Positions 29,030 through 38,552 are shown, counted from the first letter of the stretch. The stretch: 64,000 bases of DNA from Eubacteriales bacterium (GCA_045543615.1 JAZPXL010000007.1:56465-120464), one strand, 5' to 3'. The notes: generated by a model not told the origin, from the sequence alone. A program made the numbers and translations.

Positions 29030-30115
29030 ATGGATAATATAGTGGATGTTGTCAAGGCTTTTGCAATTGAAGCGGACTTTGTGTCGTGCTCCGAATGTAC
29101 AGCAGGACATATCAATTCTACATTCTTTGTTGATTGCGCTGACGGTAGCAGATACGTTCTTCAGCGAATCAATACATCGGTTTTCCGTGATGTTGAGCTT
29201 TTAATGAACAATATTGTCAGCGTCACATCTCACATACATAATAAGCTTATAGCTGAGGGAAAGGATCCCTTGCGTGGTACTCTTCATTTCTGCAAAACAC
29301 AGGACGGAAAGTATTATCATATCGACAAAAGCGGTAACGCCTGGAGACTGTACAGACATATAGGTGGAGTTGATTGCTACAACAGCGCAGACGATCCCGA
29401 GATATTCGAGCGAGTCGGTGCAGCGTTTGGCCACTTCCAGATGCAGCTTTCTGATTATGATGCGTCATCCTTGCGTGAAACTATCCCGAATTTTCATAAC
29501 ACACCATCTCGTCTGGCTGATTTTCGTGTAGCTCTCAAGGCTGATGTGGCGCACAGAGCCCAAAGCATACCCGAGGAGATTGCGTTTGTTCTTGAGCGAG
29601 AAGAGCTTTGTTCTTATATTACAGATAGGATAGAAAACGGAACAATTCCTCTCCGTGTAACACACAACGATACAAAGCTCAATAATCTGCTTATTGACAG
29701 CGAAAGCGGTGAGCCTATTTGCGTAATTGACCTTGACACAATTATGCCCGGTTCGGTGCTCTTTGACTTTGGTGATGCCATACGTTTTGGTGCGTCAAGC
29801 GCAGCTGAGGACGAAACGGATCTCGCAAAGGTATATATCAGAGAGGATTATTTTGATGCATTTACCAAGGGTTTTGTAGGTGGACTTGAAAATTCACTTA
29901 CAGAGACAGAGGTTCTTGAGCTTCCTATGGGTGCTCTCGTTATCACACTTGAGCTTGGAATCAGATTTCTTACGGACTATCTCAACGGTGACACGTATTT
30001 CAGAATTCACTACAAAGAGCAGAATCTTGATCGTGCACGCAATCAGTTCAAGCTTGTGATGGATATGGAGGCAAAAATGCCCCGTATGCGTGAAATAGTA
30101 AAAAAATATCTTTAA
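29030..30115 (+). CDS. N-acetylhexosamine 1-kinase-like anomeric sugar kinase (APH/phosphotransferase family)
   Basis: GHINSTF, IPLRVTHNDTKLNNLLID, IDLDTIMPGSVLFDFGDAIRFGAS match Bifidobacterium NahK as I recall it, over the full length. Confidence 0.75.
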   Translation: MDNIVDVVKAFAIEADFVSCSECTAGHINSTFFVDCADGSRYVLQRINTSVFRDVELLMNNIVSVTSHIHNKLIAEGKDPLRGTLHFCKTQDGKYYHIDKSGNAWRLYRHIGGVDCYNSADDPEIFERVGAAFGHFQMQLSDYDASSLRETIPNFHNTPSRLADFRVALKADVAHRAQSIPEEIAFVLEREELCSYITDRIENGTIPLRVTHNDTKLNNLLIDSESGEPICVIDLDTIMPGSVLFDFGDAIRFGASSAAEDETDLAKVYIREDYFDAFTKGFVGGLENSLTETEVLELPMGALVITLELGIRFLTDYLNGDTYFRIHYKEQNLDRARNQFKLVMDMEAKMPRMREIVKKYL

Positions 30116-30133
30116 ATAAACAGAGGTTTAATT

Positions 30134-31147
30134 ATGGCAATTCTTGTTACCGGTGGAGCCGGATTCATTGGATCACACACTGTGGTAGAGCTTATCGAAG
30201 CAGGCAGAGAAGTAATTATTATTGATAACTTCTCGAACAGTAAGCCAGAGGTACTCAACAGAATCGAAAAGATTACAGGCGTACGCCCCCGTCTTTATGC
30301 TGTTGATCTTCTTGACCTTGAGGCGACACGTAAGGTTTTTGCTGAAAACGAAATTGAGGCAGTTATCCATTTCGCAGGACTTAAGGCAGTAGGTGAGTCC
30401 GTATCCCAGCCTCTTCGTTACTACAGCCACAACTTTGATGCTACATTTAATCTTTGCCGTGCAATGATTGAATTTGGCGTTGGCAATATCGTGTTCTCAT
30501 CATCTGCTACTGTATACGGTAATCCCGCAACAGTTCCGATCAAGGAGGATTTCCCTCTCTCCACAACAAATCCCTATGGCGAGACTAAGCTTGTAATTGA
30601 GCGTATGCTAAGAGATATTCAGTGCGCCGGAGAGCTTCGCAGCGTATCTATTCTTAGATATTTCAATCCCATTGGAGCGCACGAGTCAGGTCTTATAGGA
30701 GAAGACCCCAAGGGTATTCCGAACAATCTTCTTCCTTATATTACACAGACGGCTATCGGAAAGCTTGAAAAGCTTCACGTATACGGCAACGATTATCCTA
30801 CACACGATGGTACAGGCGTCCGTGATTATATTCACGTAGTTGACCTTGCAAGAGCACATCTTAAGGCACTTGACAGAGCTCTTGAGGTTGAGGCTACTGA
30901 ATACTTTAATATTGGTACAGGCGTTGGCTATTCAGTTCTTGACATCGTAAAGGCATTTGAGAGCGCAAGTGGTAAGACAGTTCCTTATGTTATTGACGCT
31001 CGTCGCCCCGGTGATATTCCCGAGTGCTATGCAGATCCTACTCTTGCAAAAGAGGTTCTCGGCTGGGAGGCTGAATATGATATAGTTCGTATGTGCCGTG
31101 ATGCTGACCGTTGGCAGTCAATGAACCCCGACGGCTACACCGACTGA
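30134..31147 (+). CDS. galE: UDP-glucose 4-epimerase
   Basis: GGAGFIGSH Rossmann motif, SSSATVYG, YGETK (YxxxK), 337 aa. Confidence 0.92.
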   Translation: MAILVTGGAGFIGSHTVVELIEAGREVIIIDNFSNSKPEVLNRIEKITGVRPRLYAVDLLDLEATRKVFAENEIEAVIHFAGLKAVGESVSQPLRYYSHNFDATFNLCRAMIEFGVGNIVFSSSATVYGNPATVPIKEDFPLSTTNPYGETKLVIERMLRDIQCAGELRSVSILRYFNPIGAHESGLIGEDPKGIPNNLLPYITQTAIGKLEKLHVYGNDYPTHDGTGVRDYIHVVDLARAHLKALDRALEVEATEYFNIGTGVGYSVLDIVKAFESASGKTVPYVIDARRPGDIPECYADPTLAKEVLGWEAEYDIVRMCRDADRWQSMNPDGYTD

Positions 31148-31162
31148 TTTGGAGACGCAGTT

Positions 31163-32203
31163 ATGGAAAAGAAAACATTTGGCTACATAGACGGCAGAGA
31201 GGTTTCTCTCTATACGCTCAAATCAAAGGACGGCGCACTTGAAGCTACCGTCTCTGATTACGGAGCTACTATTATTCGTGTTCGTCTAACACTTAAGAGT
31301 GGAGAGGTCAGAGACCTTGTCAGAGGATATGACACGCTTGAGTCCTATATGAACGCAGATGGCTATCTTGGCGCAGTTGTCGGCAGAGTCGGCAACCGTA
31401 TTGCTGTTGGCAAGTTCGAGCTTGACGGAGTTAAATATTCGCTCTATTGCAACAATGGCGCAAACCATCTTCACGGTGGCAAGATTGGCTTTGATAAAAA
31501 AATCTATTCCGTAACAGTTTTGGCTGACAATAAGATCAAGCTCACAGCCACCTCTCCCGATGGTGAGGAAGGCTATCCGGGAACGGTTGAGTATTCTGTA
31601 ACCTATACGCTTACCGATGAAAACGGTCTTAAGCTTGATTATTTTGCTACAACTGACAAGGCAACACCCATCAATCTTACAAACCACGTATATTTCAACC
31701 TTGCAGGCAAGGGAGATGTCGCAGAGCATATAGCTTGGGTTGATGCTGACAGATTCATTCCCACAGACGAAGGACTTATTCCCACGGGAGAGATCCCGTC
31801 CGTTGAGGGTACGGCATTTGACTTCAGAGAAATGAAGAGAATTGGTGACGCTCTCCGGTCGGGCGATAAGGACATCGAAATCGGTGGTGGACTTGACCAT
31901 TGTGTTGTCTTTACCGACAGAGGAGAGGGATTCTTTAAGAGAGTAAGCGTTCTGTCTCCTGATCACGATGTTGAGCTTCAGATGTATACAGACGCACCTG
32001 CTGTTCAGTTTTATAGTGGAAACTTCCTCGGTAACCCGGACTTCCCGTTCAGAGGCGGCGAGGCACAGTTTAAGCGAGCAGCATTCTGCCTTGAGTCAGA
32101 GGCTATGCCCGACTCGATCAATCATCCCAATTTCACAAACACCGTTCTCCGTCCCGGTGAAGAGTATAAGACATCTACGGAGTACAGGTTTATCGCACTT
32201 TAA
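31163..32203 (+). CDS. galM: Aldose 1-epimerase (galactose mutarotase)
   Basis: NHLHGG, TNHVYFNL and CLESEAMPDS motifs, 346 aa. Confidence 0.88.
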   Translation: MEKKTFGYIDGREVSLYTLKSKDGALEATVSDYGATIIRVRLTLKSGEVRDLVRGYDTLESYMNADGYLGAVVGRVGNRIAVGKFELDGVKYSLYCNNGANHLHGGKIGFDKKIYSVTVLADNKIKLTATSPDGEEGYPGTVEYSVTYTLTDENGLKLDYFATTDKATPINLTNHVYFNLAGKGDVAEHIAWVDADRFIPTDEGLIPTGEIPSVEGTAFDFREMKRIGDALRSGDKDIEIGGGLDHCVVFTDRGEGFFKRVSVLSPDHDVELQMYTDAPAVQFYSGNFLGNPDFPFRGGEAQFKRAAFCLESEAMPDSINHPNFTNTVLRPGEEYKTSTEYRFIAL

Positions 32204-32213
32204 TTCTTACAAT

Positions 32214-32252
32214 AATAATTCGAGCCACTGTTGTGTCTCGAATTATTTTTTT
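32214..32252 (+). terminator. Rho-independent terminator after galM
   Basis: aataattcgag-(12 nt)-ctcgaattatt followed by a T-run. Confidence 0.7.
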
Positions 32253-32304
32253 CCTTTCGGCATAAAATATTTTGTGAATGTTTGATTATGAAAGGAAAAT
32301 CAAT

Positions 32305-33507
32305 ATGAAAAAGAAGCTTACAAGTATAACAAAAACTATGCTTGCCTTTGCCATTGTGTTCTTAGTTTTAATACAAGCTGCTACGGTAGATACACTTGCG
32401 CTCACAAAAAACAGCGCAAACGCAGATACGATTGCTCTTCCGACAATGCAAGGGCGGCTCAACTGCAAAAGCGCAGTGCTTATGGAAGCAGAGACGGGCA
32501 GAATATTGTATGAACAAAACGCAAGAGAACCCCTGCCACCGGCTTCCGTAACTAAAATAATGACTCTGCTGCTTGTAATGGAAGCTATCGAGAGAGGAGC
32601 GATTACTCTTGACACAATGCTGACGACATCAGCAAATGCAGCATCAATGGGGGGCTCACAGATATTTCTGGAGGTCGGCGAGAGGATGAGCGTTGATGAC
32701 CTGATAAAAAGCGTTGTCATATCATCGGCAAATGATGCAGCAGTTGTGCTTGCAGAAGCTGTTAGTGGAAGCGAAGAGGCTTTTGTCGGCAGAATGAACG
32801 AAAGAGCACGTGAGCTTGGAATGGACGAGGCTGTGTTTGAAAACACAAACGGTCTTGATGATACAGCAAAATCGCACGTCCTGTCTGCAAGAGATATTGC
32901 GATTATGTCAAGAGAGCTTATTAAGTATGAAAAAATACTTGAGTACAGTTCAACCTGGATGGATAGCATTAGGGACGGTCAGTTTGGACTTACAAACACA
33001 AACAGACTTGTGCGTTTTTATTCGGGTGCAACCGGCCTTAAAACAGGTTCGACATCAAAGGCAAAGTTTTGTATAAGTGCAAGTGCGAAGCGTGACGGTA
33101 TGCATTTGATTGCCGTAATAATGGGAGCTGAGAGCAGGGACACGAGAAATGCAGAGGCTGCAAAATTGCTCGATTGGGGCTTTGCAAATTTTTCACTTTA
33201 CTCCTATTATCCCAAAGAAAACGGAGAGGTTCGACTTCTCGGTTCTGACAAAACTGAGACGGCGTTCGAGAGTGGGGAGTTTGTTTGCCTAGTTCCAAAG
33301 GGAAGCAGTAGGAGAGTTGTAGTTGACGTTGAGTTGCCACAAGAGGTCGAAGCACCTCTGAAAAAGGGCGACAAAATTGGCGTAGTCAGCTTTGTGCTCG
33401 ATGGAAAAAACATAGGAACTGCTGACATATATGTTACAGAGGACTCAGAAAGGATAACTTTTAAACAAATATTCCTTGAAATTTTGAGGAAATGTTGTAT
33501 ATTATAA
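32305..33507 (+). CDS. D-alanyl-D-alanine carboxypeptidase (PBP5-type, peptidase S11), catalytically intact
   Basis: Signal peptide; SxxK = SVTK, SxN = SAN, KTG = KTG all present. C-terminal PBP5_C-like domain. Confidence 0.88.
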   Translation: MKKKLTSITKTMLAFAIVFLVLIQAATVDTLALTKNSANADTIALPTMQGRLNCKSAVLMEAETGRILYEQNAREPLPPASVTKIMTLLLVMEAIERGAITLDTMLTTSANAASMGGSQIFLEVGERMSVDDLIKSVVISSANDAAVVLAEAVSGSEEAFVGRMNERARELGMDEAVFENTNGLDDTAKSHVLSARDIAIMSRELIKYEKILEYSSTWMDSIRDGQFGLTNTNRLVRFYSGATGLKTGSTSKAKFCISASAKRDGMHLIAVIMGAESRDTRNAEAAKLLDWGFANFSLYSYYPKENGEVRLLGSDKTETAFESGEFVCLVPKGSSRRVVVDVELPQEVEAPLKKGDKIGVVSFVLDGKNIGTADIYVTEDSERITFKQIFLEILRKCCIL

Positions 33508-33537
33508 ATTAATATATGATAAAATCAAAAAAAGATG

Positions 33538-33566
33538 TTGAAATCTGTCTCGATTAGTGGTAAAAT
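33538..33566 (+). promoter_or_regulatory. pgi promoter TTGAAA-17-TGgTAAAAT
   Basis: Hexamers at 33538-33543 and 33561-33566 with an extended -10 TG. Confidence 0.6.
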
Positions 33567-33590
33567 ATACTGTATAATATCAAATAAAGG

Positions 33591-34937
33591 ATGGCTGAAC
33601 ATATGGCAATCAGACTTGAAGACAAATTTGTCAAACCATTTATTACAGATGAAGAGATCAAAGCGATAGCTCCTGAGGTCGACGCTGCTGCTGCTGCGCT
33701 TCGTGCCGGTAGTGGAAAAGGCGCAGAGATGCGTGGCTGGCTCACTCTTCCCGAAAATTATGACCGTGACGAGTTCGCAAGAATTAAAGCTGCGGCAGAG
33801 AAGATCAAGAAGAGCTGTGATGTCTTCATTGTTATAGGTATTGGTGGATCTTACCTCGGCGCAAGAGCCGTTATAGAATTTCTTAAATCTCCGAGATACA
33901 ACCTTCTCAAGAAGGATACTCCCGATATTTATTTCTCAGGTTGTAATATCAGTGGTAGCGACCTCGAGGAGCTTATGGCAATCTGCGAGGGTAGGGATGT
34001 TTGCATAAACGTCATCTCCAAGTCAGGTACAACAACCGAGCCGGCAGTTGCATTTAGATATTTCCGTGCTTGGCTTGAAAACAAGTACGGCAAGGATGGT
34101 GCTCGTGAGCGTATCTTTGTTACAACAGATAAGGCAAAGGGAACACTCAAGTCGTTCTCTACCGATGCAGGCTATGAAACATTCGTAGTTCCGGATGATG
34201 TCGGCGGAAGATTTTCCGTGCTTTCTGCAGTTGGACTGCTTCCTATCGCTGTGTCAGGTGTAGATATCGATGAGCTTATGGGTGGTGCAGCTGATGCAAT
34301 GGGCGCACTTTCTTCCGGAGACGTTTACACAAATGATGCATATAAGTATGCCGCTATCAGGAATATTCTCTATCGCAAGGGTAAGGTTACTGAAATTTTC
34401 GTAGGATATGAGCCTTACGAGCAGATGTTCTGCGAATGGTGGAAGCAGCTTTATGGCGAGAGCGAGGGCAAGGACGGCAAGGGTCTTTATCCCTCTTCCG
34501 TTATCTTCTCGACAGATCTCCACTCCCTTGGACAGTATGTTCAGTCAGGTCTTCGCACACTCTTTGAGACAGTTCTTTCTATTGAAAAGCCTGACAGCAA
34601 GGCTGTTGTTCCGAACGATCCTGCAAACATTGATGGACTTAACTTCCTCTCCGGAATGCTTCTTGCTGATGTAAACCGTACAGCAATGAACGGCACGCTT
34701 CTTGCACACGTTGATGGTGAAGTACCGAACATTGTTCTTTCTCTTGAAGAGAGAAATGCTCGTAACCTCGGCTATATGATTTACTTCTTTGAGCTTGCTT
34801 GCGCAGTTTCGGGATATGTTCTCGATGTCAATCCCTTTGACCAGCCCGGCGTTGAGGCTTACAAGAAGAATATGTTTGCCCTCCTCGGCAAGCCCGGTTA
34901 CGAAGAAATGACAGAACAACTTCGTGCAAGACTGTAA
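33591..34937 (+). CDS. pgi: Glucose-6-phosphate isomerase
   Basis: 448 aa, GIGGSYLGARA, SKSGTTTEP. Start could be the ATG at 33603 (better RBS spacing). Confidence 0.92.
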   Translation: MAEHMAIRLEDKFVKPFITDEEIKAIAPEVDAAAAALRAGSGKGAEMRGWLTLPENYDRDEFARIKAAAEKIKKSCDVFIVIGIGGSYLGARAVIEFLKSPRYNLLKKDTPDIYFSGCNISGSDLEELMAICEGRDVCINVISKSGTTTEPAVAFRYFRAWLENKYGKDGARERIFVTTDKAKGTLKSFSTDAGYETFVVPDDVGGRFSVLSAVGLLPIAVSGVDIDELMGGAADAMGALSSGDVYTNDAYKYAAIRNILYRKGKVTEIFVGYEPYEQMFCEWWKQLYGESEGKDGKGLYPSSVIFSTDLHSLGQYVQSGLRTLFETVLSIEKPDSKAVVPNDPANIDGLNFLSGMLLADVNRTAMNGTLLAHVDGEVPNIVLSLEERNARNLGYMIYFFELACAVSGYVLDVNPFDQPGVEAYKKNMFALLGKPGYEEMTEQLRARL

Positions 34938-34953
34938 AATCGTAAAAAAAGAC

Positions 34954-34982
34954 TTGATTTTGTTTTAAAGATATTGTATAAT
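34954..34982 (+). promoter_or_regulatory. Promoter TTGATT-17-TATAAT
   Basis: Hexamers at 34954-34959 and 34977-34982, upstream of the small P-loop gene. Confidence 0.6.
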
Positions 34983-35019
34983 AGATATAGAAAAAAGAAC
35001 CACATTGTAGGAGGTTACT

Positions 35020-35427
35020 ATGCTTAAATTAATTGTTGGTAAAAAAGGGTCAGGAAAAACCAAGACTCTGATTAATATGGTCAATGAGGCTCTTGAGACA
35101 TCAAGTGGATGCGTTGTCTGCATTGAGAAGGGAATCAAGCTGCGCTACGATGTTAACTATCGTTGCCGTCTCATCAATGTTGACGAGTACTATGTATACG
35201 GTGCAAATCAGCTCTATGGTTTCGTAGCAGGTATTCTTGCAGGAAACCACGATGTTACAGATCTCTTCATTGACGGAACTCTTCGTATCTGCAACAGCAC
35301 AGTGGATGATTTCGAGAAGTGCGCTCATCACCTCGATGAGCTTGCTGACAAGTACAAGATGAATATTGTCATTACTGTTTCTATGTCCGAAGAAGAGCTT
35401 CCCGACGCACTCAAAAAGTATATTTGA
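35020..35427 (+). CDS. Small (135 aa) P-loop protein of unknown function
   Basis: Strong RBS (AGGAGG). Walker A-like GKKGSGKT at residues 7-14 and a possible Walker B LFIDG. No other recognisable domain. Confidence 0.45.
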   Translation: MLKLIVGKKGSGKTKTLINMVNEALETSSGCVVCIEKGIKLRYDVNYRCRLINVDEYYVYGANQLYGFVAGILAGNHDVTDLFIDGTLRICNSTVDDFEKCAHHLDELADKYKMNIVITVSMSEEELPDALKKYI

Positions 35428-35444
35428 CGCAGTTTAATGCGAAA

Positions 35445-35477
35445 AGCCGGGTCTCGTAACGGGATCCGGCTGTTCTT
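35445..35477 (+). terminator. Probable terminator hairpin
   Basis: agccgggtctcg-taa-cgggatccggct (two G-U pairs) followed by gttctt, a weak T tract. Confidence 0.45.
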
Positions 35478-35507
35478 AAACAATAAAAACTAAAAGGAAA
35501 TATCAAA

Positions 35508-37007
35508 ATGGCTTTTTATTATTCTGAACCCTCTCGCACATTCAGCGAGTATTTGTTGATTCCCGGTTATACATCCCCGGAGTGCATTCCTTCGAATGTG
35601 TCACTCAGAACTCCACTTGTAAAATTCCGCAAAGGCGAAACATCGCAAATTTGTCTCAATATTCCGCTTGTATCAGCTATTATGCAGTCCGTTTCAGATG
35701 ATAGAATGGCAATTGCTCTCGCAAGGGAGGGCGGAATGTCCTTTATCTACGGTGCACAGAGCATTGAGGATGAGGCTGCAATGGTTGCAAGAGTTAAGAA
35801 CTATAAGGCAGGATTTGTTGTAAGTGACTCTAACCTCACACCTGACAACACGCTTGCAGATGTTCTTGAGCTTGTTCGGCGCAACGGCCACAGCACAATT
35901 GCAATTACTGATGACGGAAGTGGCAACGGTAAGCTTCTCGGCATCGTCACCGGCAGAGATTATCGTGTATCCCGTATGACAACGGATATTAAGGTTTCTG
36001 AATTTATGACTCCTCGCGAAAAGCTTGTTGTGGCTCCTGCGTCAACTACGCTTAAGGAAGCTAACGATATTATCTGGGAGCATAAGCTCAACTCACTTCC
36101 CATAGTTGATGACAACGGAAGACTTATGTATTTCGTTTTCAGAAAGGACTATTCCGAGCACAAGGATCATCCTCTTGAGATGCTTGACCGTGACAAGAGA
36201 TTTATGGTTGGTGCCGGTATCAATACGCGTGACTATGAACGTAGAGTTCCTGCACTTGTAGAGGCCGGAGCAGATGTGCTTTGTATTGACGCATCCGAGG
36301 GCTACACCTGTTGGCAGAAGAATACACTTGACTTTATTCGCTCACGTTATGGTGACAGCGTAAAGGTTGGCGCAGGTAATGTTGTTGACAGAGAGGGATT
36401 CAGATTCCTCGCCGAAGCGGGAGCTGATTTTGTTAAAGTCGGAATCGGTGGTGGCTCTATCTGTATTACTCGTGAGCAGAAGGGCATCGGCAGAGGTCAG
36501 GCAACGGCTCTTATTGAGGTTGCTGCTGCAAGAGATGAATATTTTGAGGAAACAGGCATATATGTACCGATTTGCTCCGACGGTGGCATAGTTCACGATT
36601 ATCATATGACACTTGCACTCGCTATGGGCGCGGACTTTATTATGCTTGGACGATACTTCGCACGCTTTGACGAAAGCCCTACAAACAAGCTCTTTGTTAA
36701 TGGTCAGTACGTCAAGGAATATTGGGGTGAGGGCTCTAACAGAGCACGAAACTGGCAGAGATACGATCTTGGTGGCGCAACAGGTCTTGGCTTTGAAGAG
36801 GGCGTTGATTCTTATGTCGTTTACGCAGGCTCGCTACACGACAATGTGGCAAAGAGCCTTTATAAAGTAAAGTCAACTATGTGTAACTGTGGCGTTATAA
36901 CAATACCCGACCTCCAGAGAAATGCCCGAATTACACTTGTTTCTGCAACAAGTATTGTAGAGGGTGGCTCTCACGATGTCATACTGAAGACGACCGGTAC
37001 AAAATAA
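35508..37007 (+). CDS. guaB: IMP dehydrogenase (long form with CBS pair)
   Basis: Catalytic loop [20 protein letters not shown], a CBS pair, 499 aa. N-terminus [20 protein letters not shown]. Confidence 0.9.
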   Translation: MAFYYSEPSRTFSEYLLIPGYTSPECIPSNVSLRTPLVKFRKGETSQICLNIPLVSAIMQSVSDDRMAIALAREGGMSFIYGAQSIEDEAAMVARVKNYKAGFVVSDSNLTPDNTLADVLELVRRNGHSTIAITDDGSGNGKLLGIVTGRDYRVSRMTTDIKVSEFMTPREKLVVAPASTTLKEANDIIWEHKLNSLPIVDDNGRLMYFVFRKDYSEHKDHPLEMLDRDKRFMVGAGINTRDYERRVPALVEAGADVLCIDASEGYTCWQKNTLDFIRSRYGDSVKVGAGNVVDREGFRFLAEAGADFVKVGIGGGSICITREQKGIGRGQATALIEVAAARDEYFEETGIYVPICSDGGIVHDYHMTLALAMGADFIMLGRYFARFDESPTNKLFVNGQYVKEYWGEGSNRARNWQRYDLGGATGLGFEEGVDSYVVYAGSLHDNVAKSLYKVKSTMCNCGVITIPDLQRNARITLVSATSIVEGGSHDVILKTTGTK

Positions 37008-37792
37008 TGGCAAGAGATCCTAATTTACACGCTGGTCATCGTCAGCGATTGAAGAATAAATTCCTGAATTACGGACTTGACAGCTTTTCGCCTCACGAGG
37101 TGCTTGAGCTTGCGCTCTTTTATGCAATCCCAAGACGTGACACAAACGAACTTGCTCATATCCTTATTGAAAGGTTTGGCTCGTTTCGTGGAGTGCTTGA
37201 TGCCGAATACGATGAGCTTGTTGAGGTTGAGGGTGTAGGAGAAAATGCAGCTCTGTTTATTACATTCTTCCGTGAAATATTCCGTTTTTATCGTGCATCA
37301 AGAAATGATGCTGAGTATGTTTATGATACCATAGAAAAGCTTGGTAGCTACGCTGTCAACCTTTACACAGGTATGCAGAACGAAAAATGTTATGCGCTTT
37401 TGTTTGACAATAATATGAAGCTCTTGACAACAGTTCTTGTCAGTGAGGGCTCGGTTTCAAGCACAAATGTAAATATTCCGTTTATTATTGAAAAGATAAT
37501 GAAAAAGAAAGCAACAACAGTAGTTCTTGTCCATAATCATCCCTCCGGAAGACCTTTCCCATCCCAAGCAGACGATGCAATCACATCCGATGTCCAGACT
37601 GCGCTTAGCATTTGTGGGTGTACGCTGCTCGAGCATATCATAGTTGGTGGCGAATATTTCTACCCAATGCTTCGTTCAAGAGCAAAATCAGGCTTGCCGA
37701 TGACTCATCCTACACTCAGCTATAAATCTTTCTATGGTGATGTTCAGGGCGGTGCTATGCTTGCAGAGCCTTTGCCAACAATTGACGACTGA
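37007..37792 (+). CDS. radC: RadC-like JAB-domain protein
   Basis: HhH-like N-terminus and JAMM motif VLVHNHPSGRPFPSQAD. Start overlaps the guaB stop (TAATG). Confidence 0.8.
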   Translation: MARDPNLHAGHRQRLKNKFLNYGLDSFSPHEVLELALFYAIPRRDTNELAHILIERFGSFRGVLDAEYDELVEVEGVGENAALFITFFREIFRFYRASRNDAEYVYDTIEKLGSYAVNLYTGMQNEKCYALLFDNNMKLLTTVLVSEGSVSSTNVNIPFIIEKIMKKKATTVVLVHNHPSGRPFPSQADDAITSDVQTALSICGCTLLEHIIVGGEYFYPMLRSRAKSGLPMTHPTLSYKSFYGDVQGGAMLAEPLPTIDD

Positions 37793-37794
37793 TT

Positions 37795-38391
37795 ATGATC
37801 TGTCTTTATTGCGAAGACCCCGCGCTTCGTGCTGAATATCATCATTTTTATCGGGGCTGTGGCTTGATAGTCGAGTCAGTTCCATCAGGTGAGTTTATCA
37901 AGCGTTCGCATTCTGCGCAAACTGATGCTCTGCTTATAATTGGACAGTATCCAATAGGTATGACCTCGTTTCTGAGCCATCGTGTACCACTGTTTTTTGT
38001 CGGACGGCAAAAGTCACGGGAAAACAATTCATTCGATACTTTTGATTCACCACAGCTTCTTTCCTTGCTAAAACAGCATTCTTCCGACGAAGAGGCGATT
38101 AATCATCGTTCTTTGTTGTATATATCAACATCGGGAAAGGCGTATTATCTCGGTTACAAGCTAAAGCTTACGAAAACTGAGGCGTCAATACTTTATTATC
38201 TTACAAGTAATTTTGGCAAGGATGTGGAGATAGATAAGCTTCTTTCGGTTTGTATTGGTGACGCTCACCGTAAACCATCAAATATCGCTCGCCATATCTC
38301 AAATATCAATCGCAAAGCAAGAGAGATTGGAGAGAGGAATATTATTGTGTCCATAAAGCCAAAAACTTATCGTCTTTGCGAATATATCTAA
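37795..38391 (+). CDS. Orphan winged-helix (OmpR/PhoB trans_reg_C-like) DNA-binding protein with degenerate N-terminal domain
   Basis: C-terminal LTKTEASILYYL...EIDKLLSVCIG...ARHISNINRKA...IVSIKPKTYRL follows the OmpR-type wHTH pattern. The N-terminal ~100 aa lacks the receiver acidic pocket. Confidence 0.5.
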   Translation: MICLYCEDPALRAEYHHFYRGCGLIVESVPSGEFIKRSHSAQTDALLIIGQYPIGMTSFLSHRVPLFFVGRQKSRENNSFDTFDSPQLLSLLKQHSSDEEAINHRSLLYISTSGKAYYLGYKLKLTKTEASILYYLTSNFGKDVEIDKLLSVCIGDAHRKPSNIARHISNINRKAREIGERNIIVSIKPKTYRLCEYI

Positions 38392-38430
38392 AAAAGGAAA
38401 CGCTTTGAGCTCCTTCTCATAAGGAAGTTT
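38392..38430 (+). repeat. Left arm of a ~40-nt imperfect inverted repeat
   Basis: AAAAGGAAACGC...TCTCATAAGGAAGTTT. The reverse complement recurs at 39111-39152 (12/12 and 16/16 nt blocks around an 11-nt mismatch). Confidence 0.75.
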
Positions 38431-38433
38431 ACC

Positions 38434-38502
38434 GTAGGGGCGACCCTTGGTCGCTCGCAAACAACCGCAAAACCAAAACGGGCGACCAATGGTCGCCCCT
38501 AC
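38434..38502. repeat. Pair of inverted GC-rich palindromic units (REP-like): GTAGGGGCGACC-nnnn-GGTCGC... / ...GGCGACC-AAT-GGTCGCCCCTAC
   Basis: Unit 1 (38434-38458) and the reverse complement of unit 2 (38479-38502) match at 22/24 nt. Each unit is itself a hairpin. Confidence 0.7.
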
Positions 38503-38512
38503 AAACAAATTC

Positions 38513-38538
38513 CGGCAGAGATATTGTTTTCTCTGCCG
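38513..38538 (+). terminator. Hairpin CGGCAGAG-N10-CTCTGCCG (possible terminator of the upstream gene)
   Basis: Perfect 8-bp stem followed by ATTTGTGTT, a poor T tract. Confidence 0.4.
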
Positions 38539-38552
38539 ATTTGTGTTATAAT
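38524..38552 (+). promoter_or_regulatory. Candidate promoter TTGTTT-17-TGtTATAAT
   Basis: Extended -10 at 38544-38552. Would give a ~145-nt structured leader before the ORF at 38698. Confidence 0.45.

Noticed and set aside
38299-38508. 69-aa minus-strand ORF (…VGATIGRPF…RATKGRPYGKLPYEKE…).
   Set aside because: It is a read-through translation of the GC-rich palindromic repeats and of the inverted-repeat arm. It has no RBS and overlaps the 3' end of the wHTH gene.
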